Part shown: positions 1-10,809 of the stretch, in pieces
How positions within the stretch are numbered: position 1 is the first letter of the stretch
How the letters are laid out: each line of letters opens with the position of its first letter
Source of the DNA: Naegleria gruberi
Lineage: Eukaryota
DNA length: 64,000 nt
Reading direction: 5' to 3' (one strand)
Assembly: GCA_000004985.1 (NCBI GenBank)
Contig: GG738891.1
Notes under the pieces: generated by a model
Told to the model about the DNA's origin: nothing
Databases searched by the model: none
The model's input: the letters and a program-made list of their open reading frames with translations, nothing else
Translations under genes and position numbers: made by a program

Positions 1-1
1 A

Positions 2-364
2 GATGAAGGCCAAGAAGGCAACTCCAAAGAAGAGAGCTATATTGAGAGAAACCCCCATAAATCACACACACAAAAAAAAAGTTCTAACAGAAATACTAGA
101 AAGAATCAATTCAATCCTGCTCTTTGTGTATTTATTACCAATCTATCCTATTCATCAACATGGAGAGAAATTAAGGAATTATTTGATGGAGCTACCTATG
201 TTAAATTATTCAAAAATCAAGATTCTGAACAACACAAAGGATGTGGTTATATTCAATTCAAATCCAAAGAACAGAAAGATGCTGCTTTAAAATTGAAGCA
301 ACCAATATCACACAATGGAAGAAACATTAAGATAAGAGAATATGAAAAGAGAAACAACAAATAG
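2..364 (+). CDS. 3' end of an RNA-binding protein: C-terminal RRM domain, 5'-truncated by the window edge
   Basis: The frame starting at position 2 is open through to TAG at 362-364. It contains RNP-2-like CVFITNL and RNP-1-like KGCGYIQF motifs (…NPALCVFITNLSYSSTWREIKELFDGATYVKLF…KGCGYIQFKSKEQKDAALKL…NGRNIKIREYEKR). This frame is not in the ORF track because it has no in-window ATG. Confidence 0.5.
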   Translation, partial: DEGQEGNSKEESYIERNPHKSHTQKKSSNRNTRKNQFNPALCVFITNLSYSSTWREIKELFDGATYVKLFKNQDSEQHKGCGYIQFKSKEQKDAALKLKQPISHNGRNIKIREYEKRNNK

Positions 365-400
365 ACAGCACAGCAGTAACAAAATTAACAATTAAAAATA

Positions 401-2188
401 TTAGTGGTCATTAAAATAAACAACCATACTACCATGTGTAATTTCCCAAGCCAATTTCAATTCCCAACAATAAGGTACTTCCTTAGAAATTAATGCAATT
501 GAGCCATTATCCTCATTTCCAATTATTAGAAAGTTCAATTTAATGTCATCATCAATGAAAGGAAAATAGGTAACTGATAATTTATCCCCTTCATTTTCTA
601 CTCCAACGTGACACTTTTCGTCCTTCCAATCAAAACTTCCTTCAAATACAGAGCCATGCGCCTCCAAATTACATGAGACAATTGACTGGTTTTGAGATAT
701 TTCAATATAGTTACTAGTGGCAACTTTCAAGGAATCTTTCACTTCGTCTGATAGATATTCTGATGATAATACCATTTTTGAAACATGTTCTGGAATTGAT
801 TTGAGAGAACTTGAAAAATTATTCGAAACGAAATCTGAAACGATTCCACAAACAAATTCCAAATGTTCTCTCTTTTCATATTTCATCATGAAATAGAGAG
901 TATAAACTGGATTCAATGCTTGCAAGATTTGTGAAATTGTCATTTCATCTCCTAAATATAAACATAATTCGTATAATAATTCTAAACTTTCAAATGGCTT
1001 TCCAATAAAATAATCTTGTAAATCTAATGGTTTAACTTTCAGACTTTCCAAATATAATTCAAATATTTCAATAACTTTTTCTGATTGAGAAATAATGTTT
1101 TTTTCAATGCCTGTCATGTCAATTATCAAAACACCATCTTGGTTTCTCTTACAATTTTCTTTCCAATTAGAGCTCAACATGGTTGACAAGAAATTTGATC
1201 TTTTCAACAATTGACTTTCGAATAAAAATTCATTTTTGGAAAATTGAATCAAAACCTTCTCATCCGTAACTGAAATGTCATTCACACTTTCCATCACATT
1301 ATTAGAAAACATCAATCTTCCAACATTTTCAATTGGATTAATCAAAATCTTGACTTTGGAATTCTCAATTAAAACTTTCGAATACCATTTCAATTTCTCT
1401 TCTTCTGTGAAAAAATCATTGACAATTTCAAAAATTCTGTTAAATGATGCAAAATGTCCACAATTAAATGCCATGATGAAATATTCCAATGATTTTACAT
1501 AATCATCATAGTCATCATCTTCGGCTCCTGAATAAATATTCCCTAAACCTATTAAGGCATTGACGCAATTCAATTCAGCAGCTTTCGAATAGTATTCCAC
1601 TGCTTTTGCAGTATCATAGTTAACTTTCATATAAAAGTTTCCAATAGCACATAGAGAAGCTGGATGATCTTGTTGAGCAGCTTTCATATACCATTCTAAA
1701 GCTTTCGAATAATCTTTTTTAACTCCCTTTCCCTTTGCAAACAAATTTCCAATACAATATTGAGACTCTGCACTATTTAATTCAGCAGCTTTCGAATACC
1801 ATTTCATAGAATTTTTGTAATCACTGTCTGAAGAATACAAGGAGCCAATCTTCAAGATTGCATTCAAATGATTATTTTCCATCGATTTCACACACCATTC
1901 CCATGCATTGTCCAAATCTTCTTGGCGATTTAAATAAAAAATATAAAATCTAGTGAATGGATGCTTAGCTGTCATTATGGAAATGTCATTAATCAATTGA
2001 TCAAATAAATCGGAATGAATTTTAATTTCTTGCTTCTTATTTTTGATATTTTCCAATAATTGCTCATTCCAATTTATCAATTTTTCAATTTCTGCTTCTT
2101 CATATTTGGACACCAACTTTCGGTCAGTTTCTTCTAGTTTAACTTTCTTCAAATCTTGTTGTGATTCTCCCTCACCCACTCTTTTCAT
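401..2188 (-). CDS. Sel1-like/TPR-like repeat protein with an N-terminal coiled-coil
   Basis: A 595-aa uninterrupted ORF. It has a run of ~36-aa repeats of the form …MKWYSKAAELNSAESQYCIGNLFAKGKGVKKDYSKALEWYMKAAQQ…AIGNFY…AVEYYSKAAELN…, which is typical of Sel1 repeats. The N-terminus is acidic and coiled-coil-like. Confidence 0.55.
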   Translation of the reverse strand: MKRVGEGESQQDLKKVKLEETDRKLVSKYEEAEIEKLINWNEQLLENIKNKKQEIKIHSDLFDQLINDISIMTAKHPFTRFYIFYLNRQEDLDNAWEWCVKSMENNHLNAILKIGSLYSSDSDYKNSMKWYSKAAELNSAESQYCIGNLFAKGKGVKKDYSKALEWYMKAAQQDHPASLCAIGNFYMKVNYDTAKAVEYYSKAAELNCVNALIGLGNIYSGAEDDDYDDYVKSLEYFIMAFNCGHFASFNRIFEIVNDFFTEEEKLKWYSKVLIENSKVKILINPIENVGRLMFSNNVMESVNDISVTDEKVLIQFSKNEFLFESQLLKRSNFLSTMLSSNWKENCKRNQDGVLIIDMTGIEKNIISQSEKVIEIFELYLESLKVKPLDLQDYFIGKPFESLELLYELCLYLGDEMTISQILQALNPVYTLYFMMKYEKREHLEFVCGIVSDFVSNNFSSSLKSIPEHVSKMVLSSEYLSDEVKDSLKVATSNYIEISQNQSIVSCNLEAHGSVFEGSFDWKDEKCHVGVENEGDKLSVTYFPFIDDDIKLNFLIIGNEDNGSIALISKEVPYCWELKLAWEITHGSMVVYFNDH

Positions 2189-2416
2189 ATTTTTTGAAGA
2201 GAGAAAGTTGCCGAAACCTGAAAATCAAAAGATTACAATAGAACAATTTTAGAAGGTGACAACAAAAAAAAATACCCAACAAGCTCCCTCTCATTAACCT
2301 CTTGAGATTTTTCAACAACAATAACCGTTTCAGTTGATTTTTCTCATCATCGGAACAAAAATTTGTTGTTTTTTATATAAATTAAAAAAAATTTTGCTCA
2401 TCACACAACACAGAAA

Positions 2417-4201
2417 ATGAATATTTTAAAAAGTAATATTGTCGTGATGATGATGGTGATGATGATATTTGGACTGCTGTTCATGACATTGGGAACGTGG
2501 TGTGCTAATACGGTAGAGTTTGGACGTTACTATCCTATTGAACCATTATCTGAAGAATTGTTTTATAAGGATTTATCTCTGCCTCAAGTGAGTGTCACGA
2601 TTCAGTATAGAAAAGATCTTGTCGTGTCTAGTGGACAAATAATGCTTGATAGAAATTTGATTGTTACTGATAGAGTGTTGAACAGTTCGAATTTTGTTGA
2701 TTCTTCACAATTGAAATATGAAAGTATGAAATTATTAGCCATTTACGAGTTGGATTTGGCTCGATTGACTGCCGTATCCGATATTGAACAAGAAGAATTG
2801 ACAAGTATCATGTACATTACTATTCAGTGGACAAGTCCACTCATGAACACAAATCCCGAATCAATGATTCCATTAATTTTGAATGAAAACTATGATAGAG
2901 CAATTGTTCCATCAAATGTCTCTAAAATTCTCGGAGAACCATCAAGTGTGGAATTTAATGTGGAATCTATTGAGAATTATCTTGGAAAGAAGAGATTAGT
3001 TTTTGCTTTGGGAGGTTATTCTAAACCTATTGATGCTGTTTTTGGGACTACGTACGAAGTTGAAGAATTTCCAAGAAGTTTCTTATTCAAAAATCAATTG
3101 AGAGATTCGTCCCAGTATTTACAAATTGAAATGAACAAACCAGAATTGGTCCAATCCTTCTCTGTAGAAATGTACAATGAAAAGGAATCTGTAGTATCTG
3201 GATTATTGAACTCTAATTATACTACACTTTATATTTTGAATGTGAATCAACAAATGTTTGGAGGAAAGAAGATTTTTTACTATAATAGAAAGAAGGCCAT
3301 AAGAGATATTGATGATAAGTTGGTAATCATCAAACCAGATACTGTCAAATTATTTTTTAGAACTGTTGATGGATCATTTAAAGGAGTTTGGTCGAGTTCA
3401 ACAACTACTGTCACTTGTCCAGAGTATGGAACTTACACGTGTACAGCCTCAAGTGAATTACCAATCTATGACACAACAGAAGTAGGAATTGTGGCAGAAA
3501 TTGATGTGGAAGCAACTAAATTAATTATTGAAAATGGAAATTCAACTGATAATTCAACAATGGCTACAAATCTTTTGGATGGAACATTTATTAATTATCA
3601 ACCAATTTCTTCAACTATTCAACCACATTATCAAGTAGTTTTGGATGGATTTCAAATTTTGAAATTGAAAGATGTCAAAATTTCAGGTAGCTCCACTTCC
3701 AAAGTTGTGGTTTATCAATCAAATGGCACTCCATTCCCAAATGCCACAATGTATGACAACCGATATGAATTTTCATCATCTGACACTTCTAAATCGATTG
3801 AATTGAAACATAGAAGTTTTTCCAAAGCCACTTACTATCTCAGAATAGTCAACCTTGATGAATCTCAACCAGACAACACTTGTTATATTACATTTTCTGT
3901 ATCTGTCGCTTCATTTACAGATGACAAGATTACTCCAGAAGATAATGGCCCAATTTATCCATATATTTTCATTGGAGTATTTGGTGGAATAGTTGCAATT
4001 TTGATTTTCATTTCAGTTGTTTATATTTTATGGAAGAAGACCAAGAAACCTAAAAGAACTATGTCTAACAAACAATTCCCATCTGTCTCCTCTCAAATGT
4101 CAATTCAAAGCGAACAAATTATTTCAAATACTCCAAGTGCTGTAGGTTTAGATATTGAACAAGGTAATCAATCAACTCAATATTATAGAATGAATGAATA
4201 A
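2417..4201 (+). CDS. Type I transmembrane glycoprotein of unknown function
   Basis: A 594-aa ORF beginning with ATG preceded by an A-rich leader. It has a hydrophobic N-terminal signal (IVVMMMVMMIFGLLFMTLG), many N-x-S/T sites, one TM near the C-terminus (IFIGVFGGIVAILIFISVVYILW) followed by a KKTKKPKR stop-transfer, and a short cytoplasmic tail. Confidence 0.5.
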   Translation: MNILKSNIVVMMMVMMIFGLLFMTLGTWCANTVEFGRYYPIEPLSEELFYKDLSLPQVSVTIQYRKDLVVSSGQIMLDRNLIVTDRVLNSSNFVDSSQLKYESMKLLAIYELDLARLTAVSDIEQEELTSIMYITIQWTSPLMNTNPESMIPLILNENYDRAIVPSNVSKILGEPSSVEFNVESIENYLGKKRLVFALGGYSKPIDAVFGTTYEVEEFPRSFLFKNQLRDSSQYLQIEMNKPELVQSFSVEMYNEKESVVSGLLNSNYTTLYILNVNQQMFGGKKIFYYNRKKAIRDIDDKLVIIKPDTVKLFFRTVDGSFKGVWSSSTTTVTCPEYGTYTCTASSELPIYDTTEVGIVAEIDVEATKLIIENGNSTDNSTMATNLLDGTFINYQPISSTIQPHYQVVLDGFQILKLKDVKISGSSTSKVVVYQSNGTPFPNATMYDNRYEFSSSDTSKSIELKHRSFSKATYYLRIVNLDESQPDNTCYITFSVSVASFTDDKITPEDNGPIYPYIFIGVFGGIVAILIFISVVYILWKKTKKPKRTMSNKQFPSVSSQMSIQSEQIISNTPSAVGLDIEQGNQSTQYYRMNE

Positions 4202-4205
4202 AATT

Positions 4206-5149
4206 TTAATGTAAAATTGAAATGAGTAACATCATGACACTAATCAACATTGCATTCCAAATTTGTTGAACTGCAAAACTGACAGCTGGTATTTGAGTAA
4301 AGGTTCCAAAATTTTGCACATCTCCAAACATTTTAATATAACATCCACTACAGTTGGCCTTATGTTGACCTAACCATCTAGTAGTATCAAAGAAATCACC
4401 AAAAAAGGCATGTGCAGTATTATTCAAAATCATGTCCCATCCTTCATCATATCCTGGAATTTTAACAATTCTTGCATTCTTAAAATTGGCTAATAACCAA
4501 GCTTCATAGGTTGTACCTGTTGGAACAACTACAGTATACTTGGTAGTGTCTAATTGCGACACATCAGTAATCGTTGTATCATTTTGATAGGTATTTCTCA
4601 AGAAACTCTTTGAACCCATTCCATATGGACCTTAATTATCGTTGTAAATTGAAAAAATCATAATTCACTAAACTTACATTGGAAATGAACAACTTTAGCT
4701 CTGTCAGCGTTATGATTAGTGGCAGCAATAGCAACATCACATTCTCCACTTTGAACTCTTTCATTCAATGATGAGAAATATCCTGTAGATGTATCATAGG
4801 TAGTAATCACATAGGTCAGATTTAACTTGTATTGTTCATTCAAAGTACTAGTCAACATCTTTGAGGCTGACAAGTGATAGGTCACCCAAGGTTCTCCTGC
4901 CTCCTTGTCATAACAATAATTGATAACAGATTTGTTAAAAGCAAAGTAAGATGGAAAGGTTGGCTCACTTGAACAGTCTGGCAATAAAGTTGGGAGAAAG
5001 GCCTTTGCTAATGTGTTTGCCCACTCTGTAGTTCTAATATATTTGAAAGTTGCTGCGTCAATGGCTTGGACAAAGAGAGGATCCGCTAAACCGTGGACTG
5101 TGTATGTGGAAAGAAAGAGAATGAGAAAGATGACTGAGATTAGTTTCAT
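4206..5149 (-). CDS. Secreted/GPI-anchored solute-binding-protein family 3 (PBPb, glutamate-receptor ligand-binding-like) protein; 2 exons
   Basis: Exon 1 is 4678..5149 and exon 2 is 4206..4630, joined across a 47-nt intron 4631..4677 (GTAAGT…TTAAG). The spliced frame reads …AIAATNHNADRAKVVHFQ-C-PYGMGSK…. The motif DVAIAA…ERAKVVHF matches the PBPb signature, there is a signal peptide MKLISVIFLILFLSTYTVHG, and the hydrophobic C-terminus (LISVMMLLISILH) is GPI-like. Confidence 0.55.
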
Positions 5150-5564
5150 TTTTTTGAAGTGTTAAAAGGTAGCAAAATGATAATGTAAGGATCATGATAG
5201 CCACATGCGAAGTGTCACTATCTTGTGTAGGTTCTTACCAAATCCTTTTGAAAGTTATTTGTAAATCTATGAAAGGTGACACAAATTTGGTATTTAACCC
5301 TCAAAAGATCATAACATCCCTTTATCTTTTATATCCACCAGTCAATTAGGTCTCAACCAATTTATATTTCACATGCCAAATAATTAATAAATAGTAAATT
5401 TGGTTATTAAAGAATGTGCACTATCCATTGTTACTATCGTTACTCGACAAATTCAAAGAGGATAGTGCAGTTACCAATTTACAATAACTCTAAAAATTGT
5501 AATTGTTTTTGATATTTTGAAATTATAATTTCAACAATATAATTGAATTGAAAGTGAAATGATT

Positions 5565-6530
5565 TTATATCTTTGCAATGCAATCCATAACTTCTCTATC
5601 ATTAAAACATTGCACAAAATGTTGATTTTGAGCATTATTGAGATTTCCTCTTCCCATTTTCTTCAAACATGAATTCATGGCCTTGGCACACAATAATGAT
5701 GATTGACAATGTTCGTATTTGTATGTTTTTACCATTTCCTTAAATGTATCCTTTGTTATATTTACATTATTTGGTTCAATTGTTGCTTGAGCTTGATATT
5801 TGAGACATGGATTTAATTTATCTTCCAAAATTTTCTTCTTTTCCTCTTCAGATTCAGCAGCATTTGCCGAGTTAGCTGCCAATGTATTGAATTTACCCTT
5901 CCAATCACTATTTTCCAAGTAATATAATAATAAATTTAATTATATTTAAATAATTAATATTAAATAAAAATTAAATAATTAAATAATTAAATAAACAACA
6001 AATAGATCCAACACAAACCTTGGTAAATTATCAAAGAGTTTTCCACTAGTAGCATTCTTAATCTTTTCTTCAATAATATGTCTAACAACTCTAGTTTGCA
6101 TACATTCAGCATTCTTATTATTTACTCTATTATATAATTCCGTTTCTTCTTCAGTTTTCTTTTTCAAATCAGCTTCAGCTTGCTTATCAACAGGAGCTCT
6201 TCTCTTACCAGAGGCTTGCATACCAGCAGCCAATGCTCTTGCTTGTTTTTGTTGGAGCATATCATGAACAGCATCAAATTCCGTATAACAAGGCTCATTA
6301 GCAACTTGTCTCTTTTCCGAAGCTGTATACATATCAAATCTATTAAAATACTTGTTCAAACAACTAAAATAATATCCTGTTTTAAATAATTTAGCTGAAA
6401 ATTCCATATTTTGAGCACTGAGAGCCATTCTATAGTCGGCTAAAGGAACATAACATGGTGATGAATTAATAGTGTGGAGTTGGAACATATCTTCCAATGG
6501 TCCTTTTTCTTCTCTCTTAAACCAAGACAT
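5565..6530 (-). CDS. Hypothetical protein with a charged coiled-coil centre and CHCH-like cysteine pairs; 2 exons
   Basis: Exon 1 is 6019..6530 (ATG at 6530, MSWFKREEKG…) and ends …CCAAG|GTTTGT. The 111-nt AT-rich intron 5908..6018 ends …AAAATAG. Exon 2 is 5565..5907 and the junction reads …KLFDNLP-S-DWKGKF…. C-terminal cysteine spacings include C-x5-C-x6-C and C-x8-C (HCQSSLLCAKAMNSC…FVQCFNDREVMDC). A CCAAT box lies about 170 bp upstream. Confidence 0.4.
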
Positions 6531-6958
6531 TCCGATAATGATGATGATGAAATATTAAAAAAATTGCAAAATTGATGATGAAACTCCTTCCGAGGTGGAT
6601 GTTGAAAGTTTTTTTTCAAATTCAATTTTAAAAAAAAAATTTCCAATCAATTTTAAAAAAAATATTTCGCTCACTTGTCGCATTGATAAAGTCAATCATT
6701 TTGTTGTGTTGATCATGATTGGCTAGAGGAAGGTTGTTATTGTGTCTGAGACTTTTTCTGTTGAATTAGTAGTACAACAACAAGGAAGAATAACACCATG
6801 AATTTTAATTAATGTTGCTAATTTTAATAACAAAAGGACATGTGGAAGTAATAGTGAATGTCCATCATGATGACTTTGATTAGACTCTACTTGATATTCA
6901 TAATCATAACAACAACAATAGCTACAAGTTAATATTTATAATAACAAATAACTATTAT

Positions 6959-8275
6959 TTAAACAATATATTGCTTGTAATCTTGATTGGAGTGGAAGAA
7001 TTCATACTTTTTCAAATCATCAGCACTACAAATCTCCTTCTTCAACTCTTGAGGAGTAACTTGATGCAAAAGTGGACGGTAAACTTCACAATCTCTTCTG
7101 ATAAAGTTGTGAACTATACGAGCAGTATCTTCCTCTCTCTCCATAAAGAACAAGTGTTTAGTATTGTTGAGGAGAACGTATTGGGCCTTATCATTCTTGG
7201 AGAAGGGAGTGTGGAATTGTGGGAAACATTCATCGGATGGTACAGTAGTATCAAACATGGCCCAAATGATGAGAGTATTCTTGTTCATGGAGGCAACATG
7301 TTCAATTTCATTCTTACTATCATTCAATGGAAAGTGTCTATTATCAGCATGTTATTATTATGAAAATAGTTATTATGGTTATGGTAATAGGAACAACAAA
7401 ACTTACTTGTAGGAATTCAAAAAGCTCTTTGTGAGAACATCATGATCTTCTTGTTCCTTCATCTCGAGAGCAAACTTTAATCTCTGCTGGGTAATGTCAT
7501 TCTTCATATCAAACAAGTCGACTTCCATCTTTTGCTCATAAGTTTGAGAGGAATCAACAGCATTATACAAGAGACTTCCCAAGAATGGTAACTTGATGAG
7601 ACCAGCTCCTGTTGGTAATTTCCATACACCTCCTGCTGGTGAGAAGAGAATCAAGGCATCCACCATATCTGGATGAGTGTGTGTGAATTGAGTTGCCAAA
7701 CAACCTCCCATACTGAACCCCAACACTGTTATTTTACAATTCTTCTTTACAACAGGTTTACTCAATACATAGTCCAACAATTCTTTCAATTGTCCAACAA
7801 AGAGTTCTCTATTTTGATCATGATTTGGATTTGACGATTTTCCTCTTCCGTAGGCCTCATATCTCAATATGGCCAAATTATCATCATGGAATCCTCGTGA
7901 TGTATGTTCGGTGGTTGGATTTCTTTCCTCATTCAAACATTCCCCAACGTAATCCTTATCCATTTCCAAAATACGTTTTGACAATTGATAATAACAATAG
8001 GTATGAGCACTATGCAGAGAAATTCCTCCCAAGCAACAAACAATATTCTCAATAGGAGCTCCACTGCTACTTTCCAAATCTACAATACCCTCCAAGTGTT
8101 GCTTGCTGCTCAATACAAATGCACTTCTTCCATGAGATGAAGGTGCATAATGAATCACTTCGGGACAAACATCCTTCAATTTATGATGATATGCCTTATT
8201 ATCTACAACAATTTGTTGAAACTTTACATCATCACCTGGTGCACTAGTATCATCAGAACTTTTCAATACTACCAT
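6959..8275 (-). CDS. Alpha/beta-hydrolase fold protein; 2 exons
   Basis: Exon 1 is 7407..8275 and exon 2 is 6959..7337, with a 69-nt intron 7338..7406 (GTAAGT…ATAATAG) and junction …FLNSY-K-HFPLNDSK…. It has a nucleophile-elbow motif VLGFSMGGCLAT (GxSxG) and downstream acidic and His residues consistent with a Ser-Asp-His triad. Confidence 0.6.
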
Positions 8276-8614
8276 ATTATCTCTCTGAATATATATTTAC
8301 ACTATGAAAATAATAACAATATGGATGATTAAGATATTGATTTTTTTTAGATTTTGAAATTAAATCTGATGCCCCTAAAGTTCATCATCAATAATTTATT
8401 TACAATTATCATGATTCAATTATTCAAGTTCCATTAAGGATGAACACCAATAAATTCAATAAATTGTAAATAAGCGTTCAAATTTCAAGAATGGAAAGTA
8501 ATAATTGTTTCTGCTTCCTCGCGCTTATTGGACGCAATAATCCATCAATAACACCGAAAAAAAAAGCAACAACATCAAACTCTTCCAAACCTTTGAGAAA
8601 ACACAATCATCATC

Positions 8615-10809
8615 ATGGATTCGCCCTTCTTTTCATCATCCCTTTCCCAGATGATATCGAAAAATGAACAATTACATCAACAACAACATTCTATGAGAAA
8701 CAACAATAACAATAATACTACTAACAGCATACTGAATAATAGTAATAATAATAATAATAATTGGAATGCTAATAATTTGATGAATCAATTTTCGGTCAAT
8801 CAAAATAGCCTTCAACAAAATCAACAACAACAGTTAGTCATTCCTTCCTTTAGTGATTTACTTTCAATGGGTAGTAATAATAATATAATGTCGAGTAGTA
8901 GTAATAACATGTTCATTAGTCAAATGTCAACAAATAATAGTAATAATAATGTAAATCTTGGCAGAAGAGCAAGTGTAGTTTCGAATAGTAGTAATACGAA
9001 TATGAATAATAACATTGGTAGTAGCAGTGCACCACAAGTACTTTCTTCTTCATCTTCTACGAATAGTAATGAAGCAACTAGCTCTTTTCAAGTTTCGAAT
9101 AATGCAACTGGAGAAGAATCATCACAGTTTCACCCAATTTCGTGTATTAACTGCAGAAAGGTACACAAAAAGTGCGATAAACAATTGCCTAGTTGTGCCA
9201 AATGTGTAGCTAAAGGAGCCACTTGTATAGTAAGTAATTAGTTCAATTGTTTCCATTCTATAAGAAATATTAGTATGAAAATCCAAAGAAAAGAGGAAAA
9301 GGGTCATTAGCTTACCCACACAAAAAGAAGAAACTTGATATTGTTCAACAAGAGGATGATGCCACGACCACTGTTATTCATCAAGAAAGTCCTTCTGCTG
9401 CAAACAAATCTCAGAGTGGATCTAGCTCAACAATTCAAAGTAATCAACTATATTCATTGAGAGTAGTGAATTTAGTGGAATTGTACTTTACTTTTATTTG
9501 TGCTGGACATCCATTCATTAGAAAGGCCAAGTTGGAGTATTTCATTAATAACTTTTTGATTTATTTTGAAAATGAGGTGAACATTGATCAGATTCATTTT
9601 GCTCCAAATGAATTCATTGAAAGCATTGGAGAATTGAAATGTATATATGCATTTTACTTGTCAGTACTGGCACTAGGTCATCAATTATTGGCAAATACAG
9701 AAACATCAGATGGAATTGCTAAACTATGTGAAGTTGAAATTGCAAAATTATCAATTGAATATTATTTGAATTTCTATTGGGCTTGCTCCACATTCCATCT
9801 CTGTATTTATTATAATGGAAGTGGCGTGCTTCAAAAAGCAAGATATTATGTTAGATTTGCTGATTTTTATTGTTTAGAATTCCCTAACATGACAGATATT
9901 ATTCAAAAAAATCTAGTCAAGAGGAAAGTCTTCTCAGTTGGGTATTATGGAGATTCTATCAATGAATTTGCAGTATTTTTCAAAAACATGCCAAATGTAT
10001 TTGAAATTACATCAAATCTCAAGTTGGAAAATATAGTTCTCCCAAATACATTAGAGTATTTACAATCAGCAAACGTTACTCCACAGAATTTCTTACTTTT
10101 CAGACAAGTGATTGATTTTTCTTTTGCAGTCACTACTCAATACAGAACAGAGCTAATGAAAAAGATGACAGATTGCCACTCCCCTCTATTTTTCACTGGA
10201 CAAATAGTTTTGAGATTAATGGTAATGAATGGCTTTAAGCTTTTATTCCTTTTAAAGGTTCCAGAGCATGCCAAACAGATGGCTGAAGAGGTGGCACTCA
10301 GAATTACCTTATTGGCAGATCATGATGTTTTCACATATGCTAATGGAGATGTTTCAATTAGTATCAAGACTGCCTCACGATTCCATTTGGATATTTGTAA
10401 AGATATTGAAGAAGGAAAGAGAACGAATAATGCAACATTGAAAACATCCAACGGAAAGGGATTGAATGTTGACTATTTTTCAATTTTGGAAAAGAATCTC
10501 AAAGCAATGAAAATTCATACCAAGAAATACGTACGTGTTCGCAATGAATGCAGTGGAATGATGAAAGAAATGGAGGAAATGTTGGAAAGACATAGACAGC
10601 GAAGAAATTTAGCAATTACTTTGGATAATCATTGCCAATCATGGATAAGTCAGGGCGATCAGTTCCCAGACCAACAAGATCCTGTTTTGTCATCTGTACT
10701 GACCTACCTCAATGAATTGAATCAACAAATGCCAAAGCAAATGACAACAACACCTCAGGAAGAATTTGATTCAGAATGGAGAGATATTTTTACTGATTCT
10801 CTTCTCTAA
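8615..10809 (+). CDS. Zn(II)2Cys6 (GAL4-type) binuclear-cluster transcription factor with a poly-Asn/Gln N-terminus; 2 exons
   Basis: Exon 1 is 8615..9229 and ends …TGTATA|GTAAGT. The intron is 9230..9288 and exon 2 is 9289..10809. The six-cysteine motif CINCRKVHKKCDKQLPSCAKCVAKGATC is followed by a basic linker and a long 'fungal transcription-factor middle homology'-like region. Upstream of the motif are long AAT/CAA-encoded N/Q runs. Confidence 0.6.

Noticed and set aside
1275-2252. Small plus-strand ORFs (1275-1502, 2043-2252) and many similar 60-130-aa ORFs elsewhere (6180-6389, 6440-6646, 6971-7412, 7825-8332, 9015-9319, 9945-10133, 11215-11454, 15229-15420, 16503-16700, 17591-18096, 23212-23759, 25262-26344, and all plus-strand ORFs between 45844 and 63253)
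   Set aside because: They lie antisense to or overlap much longer, domain-bearing ORFs and have low-complexity, stop-poor composition typical of shadow ORFs, with no motif support.
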